A stretch of 64,000 bases of DNA, taken from contig CAWFFU010000003.1 of assembly GCA_963815215.1 (NCBI GenBank), positions 448,001 through 512,000 of the forward strand, in the 5' to 3' direction. The translations under genes were made by a program, and so were the position numbers. Positions 1-10,443 of this stretch are shown in pieces. Origin of the DNA: an uncultured Trueperaceae bacterium (lineage in GTDB: Bacteria > Deinococcota > Deinococci > Deinococcales > Trueperaceae). How positions within the stretch are numbered: the first letter of the stretch is position 1; every line of letters starts with the position of its first letter. The notes under the pieces were generated by a model. That model did not search any database. It saw only the letters and a program-made list of their open reading frames with translations, and had not been told where the DNA came from.

Positions 1-617
1 GGCTCGGCATCGATCCCGATCTCGCCTTCGAATTGGCGACCGGACTCGCCGAGGCAGCGGCGCGCCACGGCGGGCACCTATGCCTGGACATGGAGAGCAG
101 CGGCTACGTCGACGCCACCCTGACGCTGTTCGAACGCCTCTGGGCCGCGGGACGCCGGGACGTCTCGACCGTTCTGCAGAGCTACCTCTACCGCACTCCC
201 GACGACCTGGAGCGCCTCCTGGCGCTCTCCCCCGCGCCCGACCTGCGCATCGTGAAAGGCGCGTACAACGAGGCGCGGGAGGTCGCTCACCAGGGCAAGG
301 CGGACGTCGAGCGCGCCTACCGCGAGCTCACCTACCGCGCCCTGGAGGTCGGCGGCAAGGTGAACGTGGGCACCCACGACGAGAGGATCCTGGGCGAGGT
401 GGCGGCCTTCGTGCGAGGCGCGGGCCTCGACGGCGCGCGCTACGAGTTCCAGCTCCTGTATGGGGTGAAGCCCAACTTGCAGGACCGGCTCGTCCGCGAC
501 GGGCACCCGCTCCGGGTGTACGTGCCGTTCGGGGAGGACTGGTACGGTTACTTCAGTCGCCGCCTCGCCGAACGCCCCGCCAACCTCGCGTTCGTGCTAC
601 GCGGCATCGCGGGCTGA
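1..617 (+). CDS. Proline dehydrogenase (monofunctional), 5'-truncated by window edge
   Basis: Motifs DME, VLQSYL, RIVKGAY, GTHD, EFQLLYG, YVPFGEDWYGYFSRRLAERPAN; frame is open to the window start. Confidence 0.93.
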   Translation, partial: LGIDPDLAFELATGLAEAAARHGGHLCLDMESSGYVDATLTLFERLWAAGRRDVSTVLQSYLYRTPDDLERLLALSPAPDLRIVKGAYNEAREVAHQGKADVERAYRELTYRALEVGGKVNVGTHDERILGEVAAFVRGAGLDGARYEFQLLYGVKPNLQDRLVRDGHPLRVYVPFGEDWYGYFSRRLAERPANLAFVLRGIAG

Positions 618-649
618 GCCCAGGGCATCCAGAGAAGGAGTACATCGCA

Positions 650-2197
650 ATGTTGTTCGAACCTTACGAGACCGAACCCTACCCGGACTTCTCCGACGTC
701 GCCACCCGTCAGGCGTTCGAGCGCGCGTTGGACGCGGTGCGCTCCGAGCTCGGGCGTGACTACCCGCTCGTGATCGGCGGCGAGCGCGTCGACACCGGCG
801 AGTACCTCACCTCCGTCGATCCCTGCGATCCGGACCGCGTCGTGGGCCGTAGCGCCAAGGGCAAGGGCCCCGAGATCGAGCGCGCCATGTCGGCCGCTCA
901 GGAGGCCTTCAAGACCTGGTCGCGGTTGCCCATGGCGCATCGCGCACGCACGTTGGTGAAGCTCGCCGCCGTGCTGCGTCGGCGGCGCGAGGAGCTGGCC
1001 GCCTGGGAGGTCTTCGAGGCCGGCAAGAACTACCTCGAGGCCATCGCCGACGTGGCGGAGGCCATCGACTTCTGCGAGTACTACGCGCGGCAGTCCTTGC
1101 AGCTGGCCGGCCCGGTCCCCACCTACGACCATCCCGGCGAGGAGAACACCAGCCACCTGAGGGCTATCGGGGTCGGCGTGGTCATCCCCCCGTGGAACTT
1201 CCTGCTCGCGATCCTGGTCGGCACTACGGTCGGGCCGGTCGTGGTCGGGAACACGGTCATCGTCAAGCCCTCGCCGTCGACGCCGATCATCGCCCAGAAG
1301 TTCATGGAGTGCGTCGAGGAAGCCGGCTTCCCTGCCGGCGTGATCAATCTTCTCACCGGCGAGGACGCCGACCTCGGTGACGCCCTGGTGGACCACCCGC
1401 GCACCCGATTCATCAACTTCACCGGTTCGGTGGCGACCGGCCTGCGCATCAACGAGCGGGCGGCCAAGGTGCATCCCGGCCAGAACTGGCTCAAGCGCGT
1501 ATTCGCCGAGATGGGCGGCAAGGACGCCCTCATCGTCGACGAGACGGCGGATCTGGACCTCGCCGCGGACGCCGCGGTCGCCGGAGCCTTCGGCTTCCAG
1601 GGTCAGAAGTGTTCGGCGATGAGCCGGCTCATCGTCGTCGAGGCCGTCTACGATCAGGTGTTGGAGAAGTTCCTGGCGCGCGCCCGCGGGCTCCGGGTGG
1701 GCCCGGCCGAAGAGAACGCCGACGTGGCCGCCGTCATCAATCAGAAGCAGTTCGACAAGATCCTCGCCTACATCGAGACCGGCAAGCTGGAGGCCCGCCT
1801 GGTGCTCGGCGGCGGCCGCGCCGAAGGCCCCGGCTACTACATCCAGCCCACCGTGTTCGCCGACGTACCGCAGAGCGCCACCATCGCCTGCGAGGAGATC
1901 TTCGGGCCGGTGGTGTCGGTGATGAAGGCGAGGGACTTCGACCACGCGCTGGAGATCGGGAACGCCACCATGTACGGCCTCACCGGCGGACTGTGCTCGC
2001 GTGAGCGCCTGCGGATCGAGCGTGCGCGCGAGGAGTTCGACGTAGGGAACCTCTACGTCAACCGCAAGATCACGGGCGCGCTGGTCGGCGTGCAGCCCTT
2101 CGGCGGCTTCAAGATGTCGGGCACCAACGCCAAAGCGGGGGGACCGGACTACCTGCGTGGCTTCATGGAGATGAAGACGGTCACGGAGCGCTTCTGA
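650..2197 (+). CDS. pruA: L-glutamate gamma-semialdehyde (P5C) dehydrogenase
   Basis: ALDH motifs PPWNF, FTGS, EMGGKD, FQGQKCSA, EEIFGP, QPFGGFKMSGT; RBS AAGGAG before ATG 650; follows proline dehydrogenase. Confidence 0.93.
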   Translation: MLFEPYETEPYPDFSDVATRQAFERALDAVRSELGRDYPLVIGGERVDTGEYLTSVDPCDPDRVVGRSAKGKGPEIERAMSAAQEAFKTWSRLPMAHRARTLVKLAAVLRRRREELAAWEVFEAGKNYLEAIADVAEAIDFCEYYARQSLQLAGPVPTYDHPGEENTSHLRAIGVGVVIPPWNFLLAILVGTTVGPVVVGNTVIVKPSPSTPIIAQKFMECVEEAGFPAGVINLLTGEDADLGDALVDHPRTRFINFTGSVATGLRINERAAKVHPGQNWLKRVFAEMGGKDALIVDETADLDLAADAAVAGAFGFQGQKCSAMSRLIVVEAVYDQVLEKFLARARGLRVGPAEENADVAAVINQKQFDKILAYIETGKLEARLVLGGGRAEGPGYYIQPTVFADVPQSATIACEEIFGPVVSVMKARDFDHALEIGNATMYGLTGGLCSRERLRIERAREEFDVGNLYVNRKITGALVGVQPFGGFKMSGTNAKAGGPDYLRGFMEMKTVTERF

Positions 2198-2219
2198 GCG
2201 GCACATCGTGGAACGGGAC

Positions 2220-2379
2220 ATCTCGCCCGTCAGGACGTTTGTAACCCCCACGGCAGGCGACGCCACGTGTTACAAGAAGGCGAGATTGAGCTGCTCGAGA
2301 CCGGCGACCACGCGTAGGACACCACCTTCCCACCGCATGCCTGATGCGGTCCGAGGGAGGCCGTCCCTCCGGGTCGCCG
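2220..2379 (+). promoter_or_regulatory. Candidate structured leader / operator of the V-ATPase operon
   Basis: Nested inverted repeats ATCTCGCC/GGCGAGAT and TTGTAAC/GTTACAA, then CGGCGACC/GGTCGCCG enclosing two hairpins. Confidence 0.4.
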
Positions 2380-2398
2380 CGTCCGTGAGAGGGGCCCC

Positions 2399-3052
2399 AT
2401 GCCCGAAGCCCTGCAGTCCCTGATCGACAAGCTTCAGGGCGAGGTGGTGGACGAAGCCGAAGCCAAGGCTCGCGCCATCCTCGCCGAAGCCGAGGCCGAG
2501 GCCGGCCGGCGCGTCGCCGCGGCCAACGCCGAAGCAACGCGCATCCGCGGCGGAGCCGAGCGCGATGCGGCGCTCAGCCGAGAGCGCGGCGAGCGCGGCC
2601 TCCAACAGGCCGGCCGCGACGTTCTCATGGCCGTCAGGCGCGGCGTAGAGGATGTCGTCATGGCGCTCGTGCACGACTCGCTCAGTCAAGCGCTGACGCC
2701 CGAGACGCTGCGCGACATGCTCATCGTCATGGCCGAGGCCTACGCCAAACGCAGCGGCCCCGAGCGCCGCATGACCGTGCTGTTGGGCGAGGCGGACCGC
2801 GAGAAGCTGGCCCACTTCTACGCCGACGAGTACCGGCAGAAGCTCGAGAAGGGCGTGGACATCCGGCTAGGCCGCGACATCGAGAAGGGGTTCCGGGTAT
2901 CGATGAACGGCGACCATGTCGAACACGACTTCACGCTCGAGGCCATCACGTCGGTCATGGCGGAGATGTTGCGCCCTGAGCTCGCGAAGCTCATCGCGGC
3001 CGGTACGGCGGAAGAGGGGACCGACGGGGACGCGGCCGAGGGCCGGCCCTAG
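2399..3052 (+). CDS. V/A-type ATP synthase subunit E
   Basis: LQSLIDKLQGEVV start, EA-rich coiled coil, C-terminal GFRVS...HDFT; first gene of the operon. Confidence 0.85.
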   Translation: MPEALQSLIDKLQGEVVDEAEAKARAILAEAEAEAGRRVAAANAEATRIRGGAERDAALSRERGERGLQQAGRDVLMAVRRGVEDVVMALVHDSLSQALTPETLRDMLIVMAEAYAKRSGPERRMTVLLGEADREKLAHFYADEYRQKLEKGVDIRLGRDIEKGFRVSMNGDHVEHDFTLEAITSVMAEMLRPELAKLIAAGTAEEGTDGDAAEGRP

Positions 3053-3066
3053 CGGTCACCGAGCCC

Positions 3067-3630
3067 GTGTACGCCTACCTCCTCTCGACACTCCCCTCGC
3101 CCGTGCTGGGCGACCCGCCGCCGATGACGCTTCCCGCGCTGGTGGCGCAATGCCGGCCCTTCCTCGACGACGAAGCGCTGCACGCCTTGCAGGAGCCCGA
3201 GGCGGCCGCCACGGCGCCCGGCGAGGTGGGCTCGGTGGCGCGACAGTGGCTCGACGGCGAACGCCAGCTCAGGAACGCCGTGGCGCGGAAGCGCGCTACG
3301 GGTTGGGGGGTCGCCGTCGAGCCGTACCTGCGCGACCATACCGGCTTCCGTGTGGACATCGAGGACGGGGTGATCCGCGCCTTCGACGCGCCAAACCCGC
3401 TGGAGCGCGAGCGCGCGCTCGACGAGCTTCGTTGGCGGCTGCTCGATGATCTGGCAGGCGTGGTGCCGTGGGGGTTCGCGGCACTGTTCGCCTACGCCCG
3501 ACGCCTTCATCTGGTCGACGACCGGGCGGGTCGCGACGCCGAGGAGGGACGCCGCGTCCTGCGGGCCACGCTGGAGGAGCTCGAACGCCGCCACGACGCC
3601 GGAACCGCGCCCGAGGTTCACGATGCCTGA
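3067..3630 (+). CDS. DUF2764-like V-ATPase-associated protein (subunit C-like)
   Basis: YLLSTLP start, QLRNAVARKRA, NPLERERALDELRW; position between E and A. Confidence 0.75.
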   Translation: MYAYLLSTLPSPVLGDPPPMTLPALVAQCRPFLDDEALHALQEPEAAATAPGEVGSVARQWLDGERQLRNAVARKRATGWGVAVEPYLRDHTGFRVDIEDGVIRAFDAPNPLERERALDELRWRLLDDLAGVVPWGFAALFAYARRLHLVDDRAGRDAEEGRRVLRATLEELERRHDAGTAPEVHDA

Positions 3631-3653
3631 GGATCGAATGAGCGAGAGCAACC

Positions 3654-5384
3654 ATGCCTAACGTCGGCCATATCGTCTCCGTGAGCGGCAACCTGCTCAC
3701 CGTCGCCTTCGAGAAGCCCGTCATCCAGAACGAGGTCGGCTACGCCGTGCTGGGCGATCTTCGCCTCAAGGCGGAACTCATCCGCGTACGCGGGCAATAC
3801 GCCGACCTCCAAGTGTTCGAGGACACCTCCGGCCTGTACGTCGGTGGGCCGGTCGAGTTCTCCGGGGAGTTGCTCACGGTAGAGCTCGGGCCGGGGCTCC
3901 TGGGCCGGATCTTCGACGGTCTTCAGAACCCGTTGCCGGAGCTGGCCGAGGCGGCCGGCTTCTTCCTGCGCCGCGGCGTCTACCTGACACCGCTCGACCG
4001 CGAGCAGCGCTGGGCGTTCACGCCGGTGGCCGAGACCGGCACCCGCATCCGTGCCGGCGACACCCTCGGCACCGTGCCCGAGAACGCCGTGACGCACCAC
4101 GTGATGGTCCCGTTCGGACTGGAGGGCCGGCTGAGCGTCGAGTGGATCGCGCCGGCGGGCGAATACCGCATCGAGGACTCCGTCGCGACCCTGGTGGACG
4201 ATCGCGGCCGTTCGCATCCGGTCACCATGGTGCAGCGCTGGCCCGTCAAGATGCCGATTCGCGCTTACCGGGAGCGACTCCGGCCGCGCGAGCCGCTGGT
4301 GACCAAGATCCGGATCCTGGACACCCTCTTCCCCGTGGCGCTGGGTGGCACCTACTGCATACCCGGACCGTTCGGCGCCGGCAAGACGGTGCTCCAACAG
4401 ATCACCAGCCGCCACGCCGAGGTCGACGTGGTCATCATCGCGGCGTGCGGAGAGCGTGCCGGCGAGGTCGTCGAGACGTTGCGTGAGTTCCCCGAGCTCG
4501 TCGATCCGCGGACGGGTCGAAGCCTGATGGAGCGCACGCTGATCGTTGTCAACACCAGCTCGATGCCGGTCGCTTCCCGAGAGGCCAGCGTCTACACGGC
4601 GGTCACGGTGGCGGAGTACTACCGCCAGATGGGCCTCAACGTGCTGCTGCTGGCCGATTCCACCTCCCGCTGGGCCCAGGCACTGCGCGAGATCTCCGGG
4701 CGCCTGGAGGAGATCCCGGGCGAGGAAGCGTTCCCCGCCTACCTCGAGTCTGTCATCGCGGCGTTCTACGAGCGCGGTGGCGTGGTCCGACTGAATGACG
4801 GCCGGACCGGCTCCGTAACCATCGGGGGTGCGGTCAGCCCCGCCGGCGGCAACTTCGAGGAACCGGTGACGCAGGCCACGCTGAAGGTGGTGGGCGCGTT
4901 CCACGGCCTCTCGCGCGAACGCTCGGACGCTCGCCGCTATCCTGCCGTCGACCCGCTCGAGAGTTGGAGCCGTTACGACGGCGTTGCCGACGGTGAGGAC
5001 GTGCGAGCGGCACGCGAGGTGCTGAAGAACGGCCGCGAGGTCGACCAGATGATGAAGGTCGTTGGCGAGGAAGGGACGGCCATCTCCGACTACGTGACCT
5101 ATCTCAAGGCCGAGTACCTCGACGCCGCCTACCTCCAGCAGGATGCCTTCCACGAGGTGGACGCGGCCAGCGGCGCTGGTCGTCAACGCCACGTGTTCAG
5201 CCGGCTGTCCAAGGTGCTGCGGACCCCGCTCGACTTCCCCGACAAGGATGCCGCGCGGCGCTTCTTCCAGGAGCTGACCCAGTTGACCAAGGAGTGGAAC
5301 CTGGTGCGGATGGACGATCCGACGTTCGAACGGCTCGAGGCACGCCTCGTCGAGAAGGTCGAGGGGGTGACGGCCCGTGCGTAA
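3654..5384 (+). CDS. V/A-type ATP synthase subunit A
   Basis: Walker [43 protein letters not shown]. Confidence 0.96.
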   Translation: MPNVGHIVSVSGNLLTVAFEKPVIQNEVGYAVLGDLRLKAELIRVRGQYADLQVFEDTSGLYVGGPVEFSGELLTVELGPGLLGRIFDGLQNPLPELAEAAGFFLRRGVYLTPLDREQRWAFTPVAETGTRIRAGDTLGTVPENAVTHHVMVPFGLEGRLSVEWIAPAGEYRIEDSVATLVDDRGRSHPVTMVQRWPVKMPIRAYRERLRPREPLVTKIRILDTLFPVALGGTYCIPGPFGAGKTVLQQITSRHAEVDVVIIAACGERAGEVVETLREFPELVDPRTGRSLMERTLIVVNTSSMPVASREASVYTAVTVAEYYRQMGLNVLLLADSTSRWAQALREISGRLEEIPGEEAFPAYLESVIAAFYERGGVVRLNDGRTGSVTIGGAVSPAGGNFEEPVTQATLKVVGAFHGLSRERSDARRYPAVDPLESWSRYDGVADGEDVRAAREVLKNGREVDQMMKVVGEEGTAISDYVTYLKAEYLDAAYLQQDAFHEVDAASGAGRQRHVFSRLSKVLRTPLDFPDKDAARRFFQELTQLTKEWNLVRMDDPTFERLEARLVEKVEGVTARA

Positions 5385-6705
5385 GGTCTACACACAGGTG
5401 GAGCGGATCGCCGGCAACGTCGTCACCGTTCGGGCCGGCGACGCCACCTACCGTGAGCTGGCGGAGGTGCGCTGGCCCGGAGGGACGTCACTCGCCCAGG
5501 TCATCAAACTCGAGGGCGATCGCGCCTCGCTGCAGGTGTTCGCAGGCAGTCGCGGCATCCCTACCGACGCACACGTCCGTTTCCTGGGCAAGCCCGTGCA
5601 GGTGCCCTTCTCCGAGGCGCTGCTGGGCCGTGTCTTCAATGGGGCGGGACGACCCCGCGACCGCAGGCCGGAGGTGGAGGCCGAACCGATCGAAGTCGGT
5701 GGGCCCTCGGTCAACCCTGCGCGGCGCATCATCCCGCGTCGCATGGTGCGCACGGGCATCCCCATGATCGACGTCTTCAACACCCTGGTCGAGAGCCAGA
5801 AGCTGCCGATCTTCGCACCGGCTGGTGAGCCCTCCAACCAGTTGCTGGCCCGCATCGCTCTCCAAGCCGAGGTCGACGTCATCGTGCTCGGAGGCATGGG
5901 GCTCAAGCACGACGACTACCTGGCGTTCCGCGAGACGCTGGACGACGCCGGCGCCAGCGTGCGGACGGTGATGTTCGTGCATACCGCGGCCGATCCGGTG
6001 GTCGAGTGTCTCCTCGTGCCCGACCTCTCGCTAGCCGTGGCCGAGCGCTTCGCTCTCGAGGGACGCCGCGTGCTCGTCCTGCTCACCGACATGACGAACT
6101 TCGCCGACGCCCTCAAGGAAGTCGCGATCACGATGGAGCAGATCCCGTCCAACCGTGGATATCCGGGCGACCTGTACAGCCAGCTCGCGGCGCGCTACGA
6201 GAAGGCGGTCGATTTCGAAGGGGCGGGCTCGATCACCATCCTGGCCGCCACGACCATGCCCGGGGACGACGTCACCCATCCCGTTCCCGACAACACGGGA
6301 TACATCACCGAAGGCCAGCTCTACCTGCGTGGCGGCCGCATCGAACCCTTCGGCAGCCTGAGCCGTCTGAAGCAGCTCGTCAACGGCCGTACGCGCGAGG
6401 ATCACAGGTCGCTGATGAACGCCATGATCCAGCTCTACGCGGGCTACCGCGAGACGTTGGAGAAGCAGGCCATGGGCTTCAGCATGAGTCGTTGGGATGA
6501 GCAGCTGCTCAAGTACGGGACCGCCTTCGAGGACCGGTTGATGAGCCTGGAGCTGCATCTTCCTCTGGAAGAGGCGCTGGACGAAGGCTGGCGCATCCTT
6601 GCCGAGTGCTTCGAACCGCCACAGACGGGGCTCCCGAGCGCGTTGATCGAGCGCTTCTGGCCCTCCGACGGCGTCACGACCGGTGACACGGAGGCGACGG
6701 CTTGA
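5377..6705 (+). CDS. V/A-type ATP synthase subunit B
   Basis: [46 protein letters not shown]. Confidence 0.96.
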   Translation: MRKVYTQVERIAGNVVTVRAGDATYRELAEVRWPGGTSLAQVIKLEGDRASLQVFAGSRGIPTDAHVRFLGKPVQVPFSEALLGRVFNGAGRPRDRRPEVEAEPIEVGGPSVNPARRIIPRRMVRTGIPMIDVFNTLVESQKLPIFAPAGEPSNQLLARIALQAEVDVIVLGGMGLKHDDYLAFRETLDDAGASVRTVMFVHTAADPVVECLLVPDLSLAVAERFALEGRRVLVLLTDMTNFADALKEVAITMEQIPSNRGYPGDLYSQLAARYEKAVDFEGAGSITILAATTMPGDDVTHPVPDNTGYITEGQLYLRGGRIEPFGSLSRLKQLVNGRTREDHRSLMNAMIQLYAGYRETLEKQAMGFSMSRWDEQLLKYGTAFEDRLMSLELHLPLEEALDEGWRILAECFEPPQTGLPSALIERFWPSDGVTTGDTEATA

Positions 6706-7307
6706 GCCACGTACGCGCCAGCAAGCAGGAGCTCAAGCGGCAACGCGACGCACTTTCGCGCTTCAAGCGCTACCTTCCCACGCTGCAGCTCAAGAAGCGC
6801 CAACTCCAGATGGAGATCCGGCGGGTCGAGGCGAGCGAGCGCAAGGCGGACGCTGAGCTCGTCGTCGCGGAGCAGGGGCTGGAGCCCTGGATCGGGCTGC
6901 TGGCCAGCGCCGTCCCGATCCTCGATCACCTCGCGATCGCCGCAGTGCGTCGGAGAACGGCCAACGTCGCCGGGATCGACGTACCTGTGTTGGAGGATCT
7001 CGAGTTCACCCGCACGCTGCCGGATCTGCACGCCACTCCGGCGTTCCTCGACGATGCCATCACGGCCTGCCAGACGCTGGCTCGCCTGCGCATGGAACGC
7101 CGGGTGCTCGCCGAGCAGCGGTTGCTGCTGGCCAACGAGCTCCGCATCACCTCTCAGCGCGTCAACCTGTTCGAGAAGGTCAAGATCCCGGAAGCGGAGC
7201 GTGCCATCCGCACCATTCGGATCGCGCTCGGCGACCAGCAGGCCGCCGAGGTCGTGCGCGCCAAGATCGCCAAGGCGAAGTCCATGGAGCAGGAGGCGGC
7301 GATGTGA
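6702..7307 (+). CDS. V/A-type ATP synthase subunit D
   Basis: [10 protein letters not shown] and [21 protein letters not shown] start overlaps the subunit B stop. Confidence 0.93.
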   Translation: MSHVRASKQELKRQRDALSRFKRYLPTLQLKKRQLQMEIRRVEASERKADAELVVAEQGLEPWIGLLASAVPILDHLAIAAVRRRTANVAGIDVPVLEDLEFTRTLPDLHATPAFLDDAITACQTLARLRMERRVLAEQRLLLANELRITSQRVNLFEKVKIPEAERAIRTIRIALGDQQAAEVVRAKIAKAKSMEQEAAM

Positions 7308-9118
7308 TCGTCCCCATGAAGCAGGTCACGGTGGTGATGCTGCGGAGCCAGCACGAACGCTCCCTGGCGTTGCTGCAGGATCTGGGGACCCTCCATCTGA
7401 CCTCGGAGCAGGCGAGCGACGGCGATAGCGTGGCCGCGGCGCGCGCACGTGTCGAGGCCGCGCGCTCGGCGGTGGAGGCGCTGCGGCGCGCTGCGCCGAA
7501 GGTGGATGCCGGGGCGGCGGGCACGCACACCTCAGCCGCTGCCGCCGAGGCCGCAGTCGGCCAGGTGATGGAGCTCTCGGAGCGCTTGGAGCGGATCGAG
7601 CACGAGCGGTCGGAAGTCGAACGAGAGCTCGCGCGCGTGGCGTCGATGGGGGACTTCGATCCTCAAGCGCTCCGGGAGCTGGCTCGGCGCGGCGTTGGGG
7701 TCCGCTTGTTGCAGGCCCCGGCTCGCTGGGCCATGGAGCAGCCCCACGACGTCGTGGTCCACGATCTCGGTCGACAGGGCCGCGGCCGCGTCGTTGCGCT
7801 GGTGGGGGCCTTACCGGACCTTGCGCGAGCGCAACTCGGTGAGGGAGCGGCGGCTGCCGAGGAACTCGCCCTTCCCGTAGAGGCCCCGGCGGAGTTGCGG
7901 GCGCGCCGCGCGAGCCTGAGTTCGGAGCGGGAGCGAACGCTGTCCTCGCTTCAGGAGCTAGCGCGTCAGCGCGCCGCCATCGAGGCGTCGATCCCGTCCG
8001 CCGAAGACCGCCTGTCCTACGAGCGCGCACGCGCGGGATCGGCCCTGACGGGGCCGCTGGCGGTCGTGCGTGGGTTCTGTCCGGCGCCCAAGCTGCCGTT
8101 GGTGGAGCGGGCGGCCCAGGAGCACGGCTGGGGTCTGTTCGTGGAGGACGTCGGCGACCCGAGCGACGCTCCCACCGAGATCACGGTGCCCCGCTGGGTC
8201 CGCCCCATCCAAGCCCTGTTCTCGTTCACCGGGGTCCTCCCCGGCTACGACCAGGTCGACGTGAGCGTTCCGTTCCTGCTGTTCATGAGCCTGTTCTTCG
8301 CGATGATCGTGGGCGACGCCGGCTACGGACTGCTCTTCCTCGGGCTCACGGAGTTCGGTCGCTGGCGCATGCCGAGCGCGCCGCGGGCCATGTTCTCGCT
8401 GCTCCGCATCATGAGCGTGTGCACCATCGTGTGGGGCGTGCTGACGGGGAGCTACTTCGGTATCGCGTTGCTGCCTCACCCGTTGAAGGCCCTGCAGGTG
8501 TCGTGGTTGACGGGCCAGGATCATCTCATCCTGTTGAGCTTCCTGATCGGGGCGATCCACCTCACCGTGGCGCACGGTTGGAACGTGCTCCGATTCTTCC
8601 CCTCGCCCCGGGCGCTGGCCCAGCTCGGCTGGATCTTCACGACCTGGACCATGTTCTTCCTCGCCCGCGAGATGGTGCTGGGCGCCGGCTTCCCCCACGT
8701 CATGCTCTACGTCCTGGTGGCGGGCATCGTGCTCATCGTGCTGTTCATGACGCCTCCGAAGTCGCTCAAGTCCGAGTGGTTCAACCACGTCATGCTGCCC
8801 CTGAGCCTGGTCAGCAACTTCGTCGACCTGGTCTCCTACGTGCGCCTGTTCGCCGTGGGCGCCGCCACCTTCGCCATCGCCGAGGCGTTCAACCAGATGG
8901 CTGTCGGGAGCGGCGTGAGCGGCATCGTAGCGGGGGTGGTGGCCGCTCTGGTGCTGTTCTTCGGTCACACCCTCAACATCTTGCTCGCGACCATGGGCGT
9001 TCTCGTCCACGGCGTGCGGCTCAACATGCTGGAATTCGCCAGCCACCTCGGCATGGAGTGGACCGGCCGGCCCTACCGGCCGTTCGCTCACACCCAAGGT
9101 CCGAAGGAGGGGGCATGA
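7304..9118 (+). CDS. V/A-type ATP synthase subunit I (a)
   Basis: MIVPMK start, FFAMIVGDAGYG, DLVSYVRLFA (essential Arg), HGVRLNMLEF, multiple TM helices. Confidence 0.94.
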   Translation: MIVPMKQVTVVMLRSQHERSLALLQDLGTLHLTSEQASDGDSVAAARARVEAARSAVEALRRAAPKVDAGAAGTHTSAAAAEAAVGQVMELSERLERIEHERSEVERELARVASMGDFDPQALRELARRGVGVRLLQAPARWAMEQPHDVVVHDLGRQGRGRVVALVGALPDLARAQLGEGAAAAEELALPVEAPAELRARRASLSSERERTLSSLQELARQRAAIEASIPSAEDRLSYERARAGSALTGPLAVVRGFCPAPKLPLVERAAQEHGWGLFVEDVGDPSDAPTEITVPRWVRPIQALFSFTGVLPGYDQVDVSVPFLLFMSLFFAMIVGDAGYGLLFLGLTEFGRWRMPSAPRAMFSLLRIMSVCTIVWGVLTGSYFGIALLPHPLKALQVSWLTGQDHLILLSFLIGAIHLTVAHGWNVLRFFPSPRALAQLGWIFTTWTMFFLAREMVLGAGFPHVMLYVLVAGIVLIVLFMTPPKSLKSEWFNHVMLPLSLVSNFVDLVSYVRLFAVGAATFAIAEAFNQMAVGSGVSGIVAGVVAALVLFFGHTLNILLATMGVLVHGVRLNMLEFASHLGMEWTGRPYRPFAHTQGPKEGA

Positions 9119-9143
9119 ACCCCCGTCGTGAAGGAGGAGCTTG

Positions 9144-9611
9144 ATGGATCCCGTTTTGATGGCCGCCTTGGGACGGGCGGGCGGTGCGACCGTTCTCGGC
9201 CTGGCCGCCCTCGGTTCGGCGTTCGGTACCGGTACCGCCGGCATGGCCGCGGTGGGCGCCTGGAAGCGTGCCTACGCGCAGAACAAGTCGGCGCCGTTCA
9301 TCCTGATCACGTTCGTGGGTGCGCCGCTGTCGCAGACGATCTACGGCATGATCCTCATGAATGCCGTCGTGCGCTCCGCGTCCGACGCGCTTGCCAAGCA
9401 CCTGACGGTGCCCTGGCCCGCGATGCTCGGTCTCGGCCTGTTCGGTGGGCTCGCCTTGGGCGCCTCGGCCTACATGCAGGGCCGCGTCGGCGCCGCAGCC
9501 TCCGATGCCCTCGGTGAGACCGGGCAGGGCTTCGGCAACTATCTGATGGCGATCGGCGTGGTCGAGACGGTGGCCATCTTCGTGCTGGTCTTCATCACCG
9601 CGACCCTATAG
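9144..9611 (+). CDS. V/A-type ATP synthase subunit K (4-TM proteolipid), Na+-binding signature
   Basis: Two-hairpin proteolipid with PLSQTIYG, SAYMQG and VVETVAIF; RBS AGGAGG 6 nt before ATG 9144. Confidence 0.92.
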   Translation: MDPVLMAALGRAGGATVLGLAALGSAFGTGTAGMAAVGAWKRAYAQNKSAPFILITFVGAPLSQTIYGMILMNAVVRSASDALAKHLTVPWPAMLGLGLFGGLALGASAYMQGRVGAAASDALGETGQGFGNYLMAIGVVETVAIFVLVFITATL

Positions 9612-9637
9612 GCTTACGGCCCGGAGGGACCCAACGG

Positions 9638-9697
9638 GGCGCCGCCCGGCACGCCGCAACGGGCGGCGCCTGTCTCGTGAGGGGCGCCCCTCACGAG
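9638..9697. terminator. Hairpin plus 24-bp perfect palindrome between convergent genes
   Basis: GGCGCCGCCCG/CGGGCGGCGCC at 9638-9670; CTCGTGAGGGGCGCCCCTCACGAG at 9674-9697. Confidence 0.6.
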
Positions 9698-10365
9698 GGG
9701 AGAACGTACAGCGCCACCATGGCGAAGTGCGCGCCCCAGCCAGCGAGCACGAAGAGGTGCCACAGGCCGTGGTAGCCCATGCTGGCCGGAGCGGGATTGG
9801 GGCGTTTGAGGGCGTAGACGACGGCACCGACCGAGTACAACAGGCCGCCGGCCACGAGCAGCGCGATACCGCCCCAGGGCATGGCCCGTGCGATCGGACG
9901 GATCGCCGCCAGCGCCATCCAGCCCAGCATCAGGTAGAGGCCCGTCGAGAGCCATCGCGGGGCCCGGAACCAGAACAGCTTGAAGAGCACACCCAGAACG
10001 GCGAAGGCCCACACCGTAGTCAGCAGCGGCCAGGCCCATCCGGGCGCGTGGACACGTAGCGTCACCAGCGCGATCGGTGTGTAGCTCCCCGCGATGAGGA
10101 TGAAGATCGCTGCGTGATCGGCGCGCCGGAGCCACTCGCCCAGGGTCGGACCCGCACGGACGCCGTGGAGCAGCGTGCTGGCGCTGAACAGTGTCAGCGA
10201 AGCTACGGCGTAGATGGCGAAGCTCAGCATCCTCCACGGTTCACCGGCCGCTGCCACCACCAGGGCGACGCCACCCACCAGCGCAACCAATACGCCGACC
10301 ATGTGGGTGATGGCGTTGAACGGTTCTCTGAGGTAAGGGTGGCCGCGAACGGGATGACCTTGCAT
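9691..10365 (-). CDS. PAQR / hemolysin III family membrane protein (TrhA-like)
   Basis: EPFNAITH, STLLH, DHAAIFILIAGSYTP, HGLWHLFV; about 7 TM helices. Confidence 0.92.
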   Translation of the reverse strand: MQGHPVRGHPYLREPFNAITHMVGVLVALVGGVALVVAAAGEPWRMLSFAIYAVASLTLFSASTLLHGVRAGPTLGEWLRRADHAAIFILIAGSYTPIALVTLRVHAPGWAWPLLTTVWAFAVLGVLFKLFWFRAPRWLSTGLYLMLGWMALAAIRPIARAMPWGGIALLVAGGLLYSVGAVVYALKRPNPAPASMGYHGLWHLFVLAGWGAHFAMVALYVLPS

Positions 10366-10443
10366 AGGTCAGTCTAGCCCCGCCGGCCGGCGTCCTGCCG
10401 ACCGTCTTCGCAATGCGGAGTCGAGTACGGTGACGACCGCGCG

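Noticed and set aside
80..649. Fused PutA-like reading (705-aa ORF 80-2197)
   Set aside because: The N-terminal part is an off-frame overlap of the proline dehydrogenase gene; pruA has its own RBS and ATG at 650
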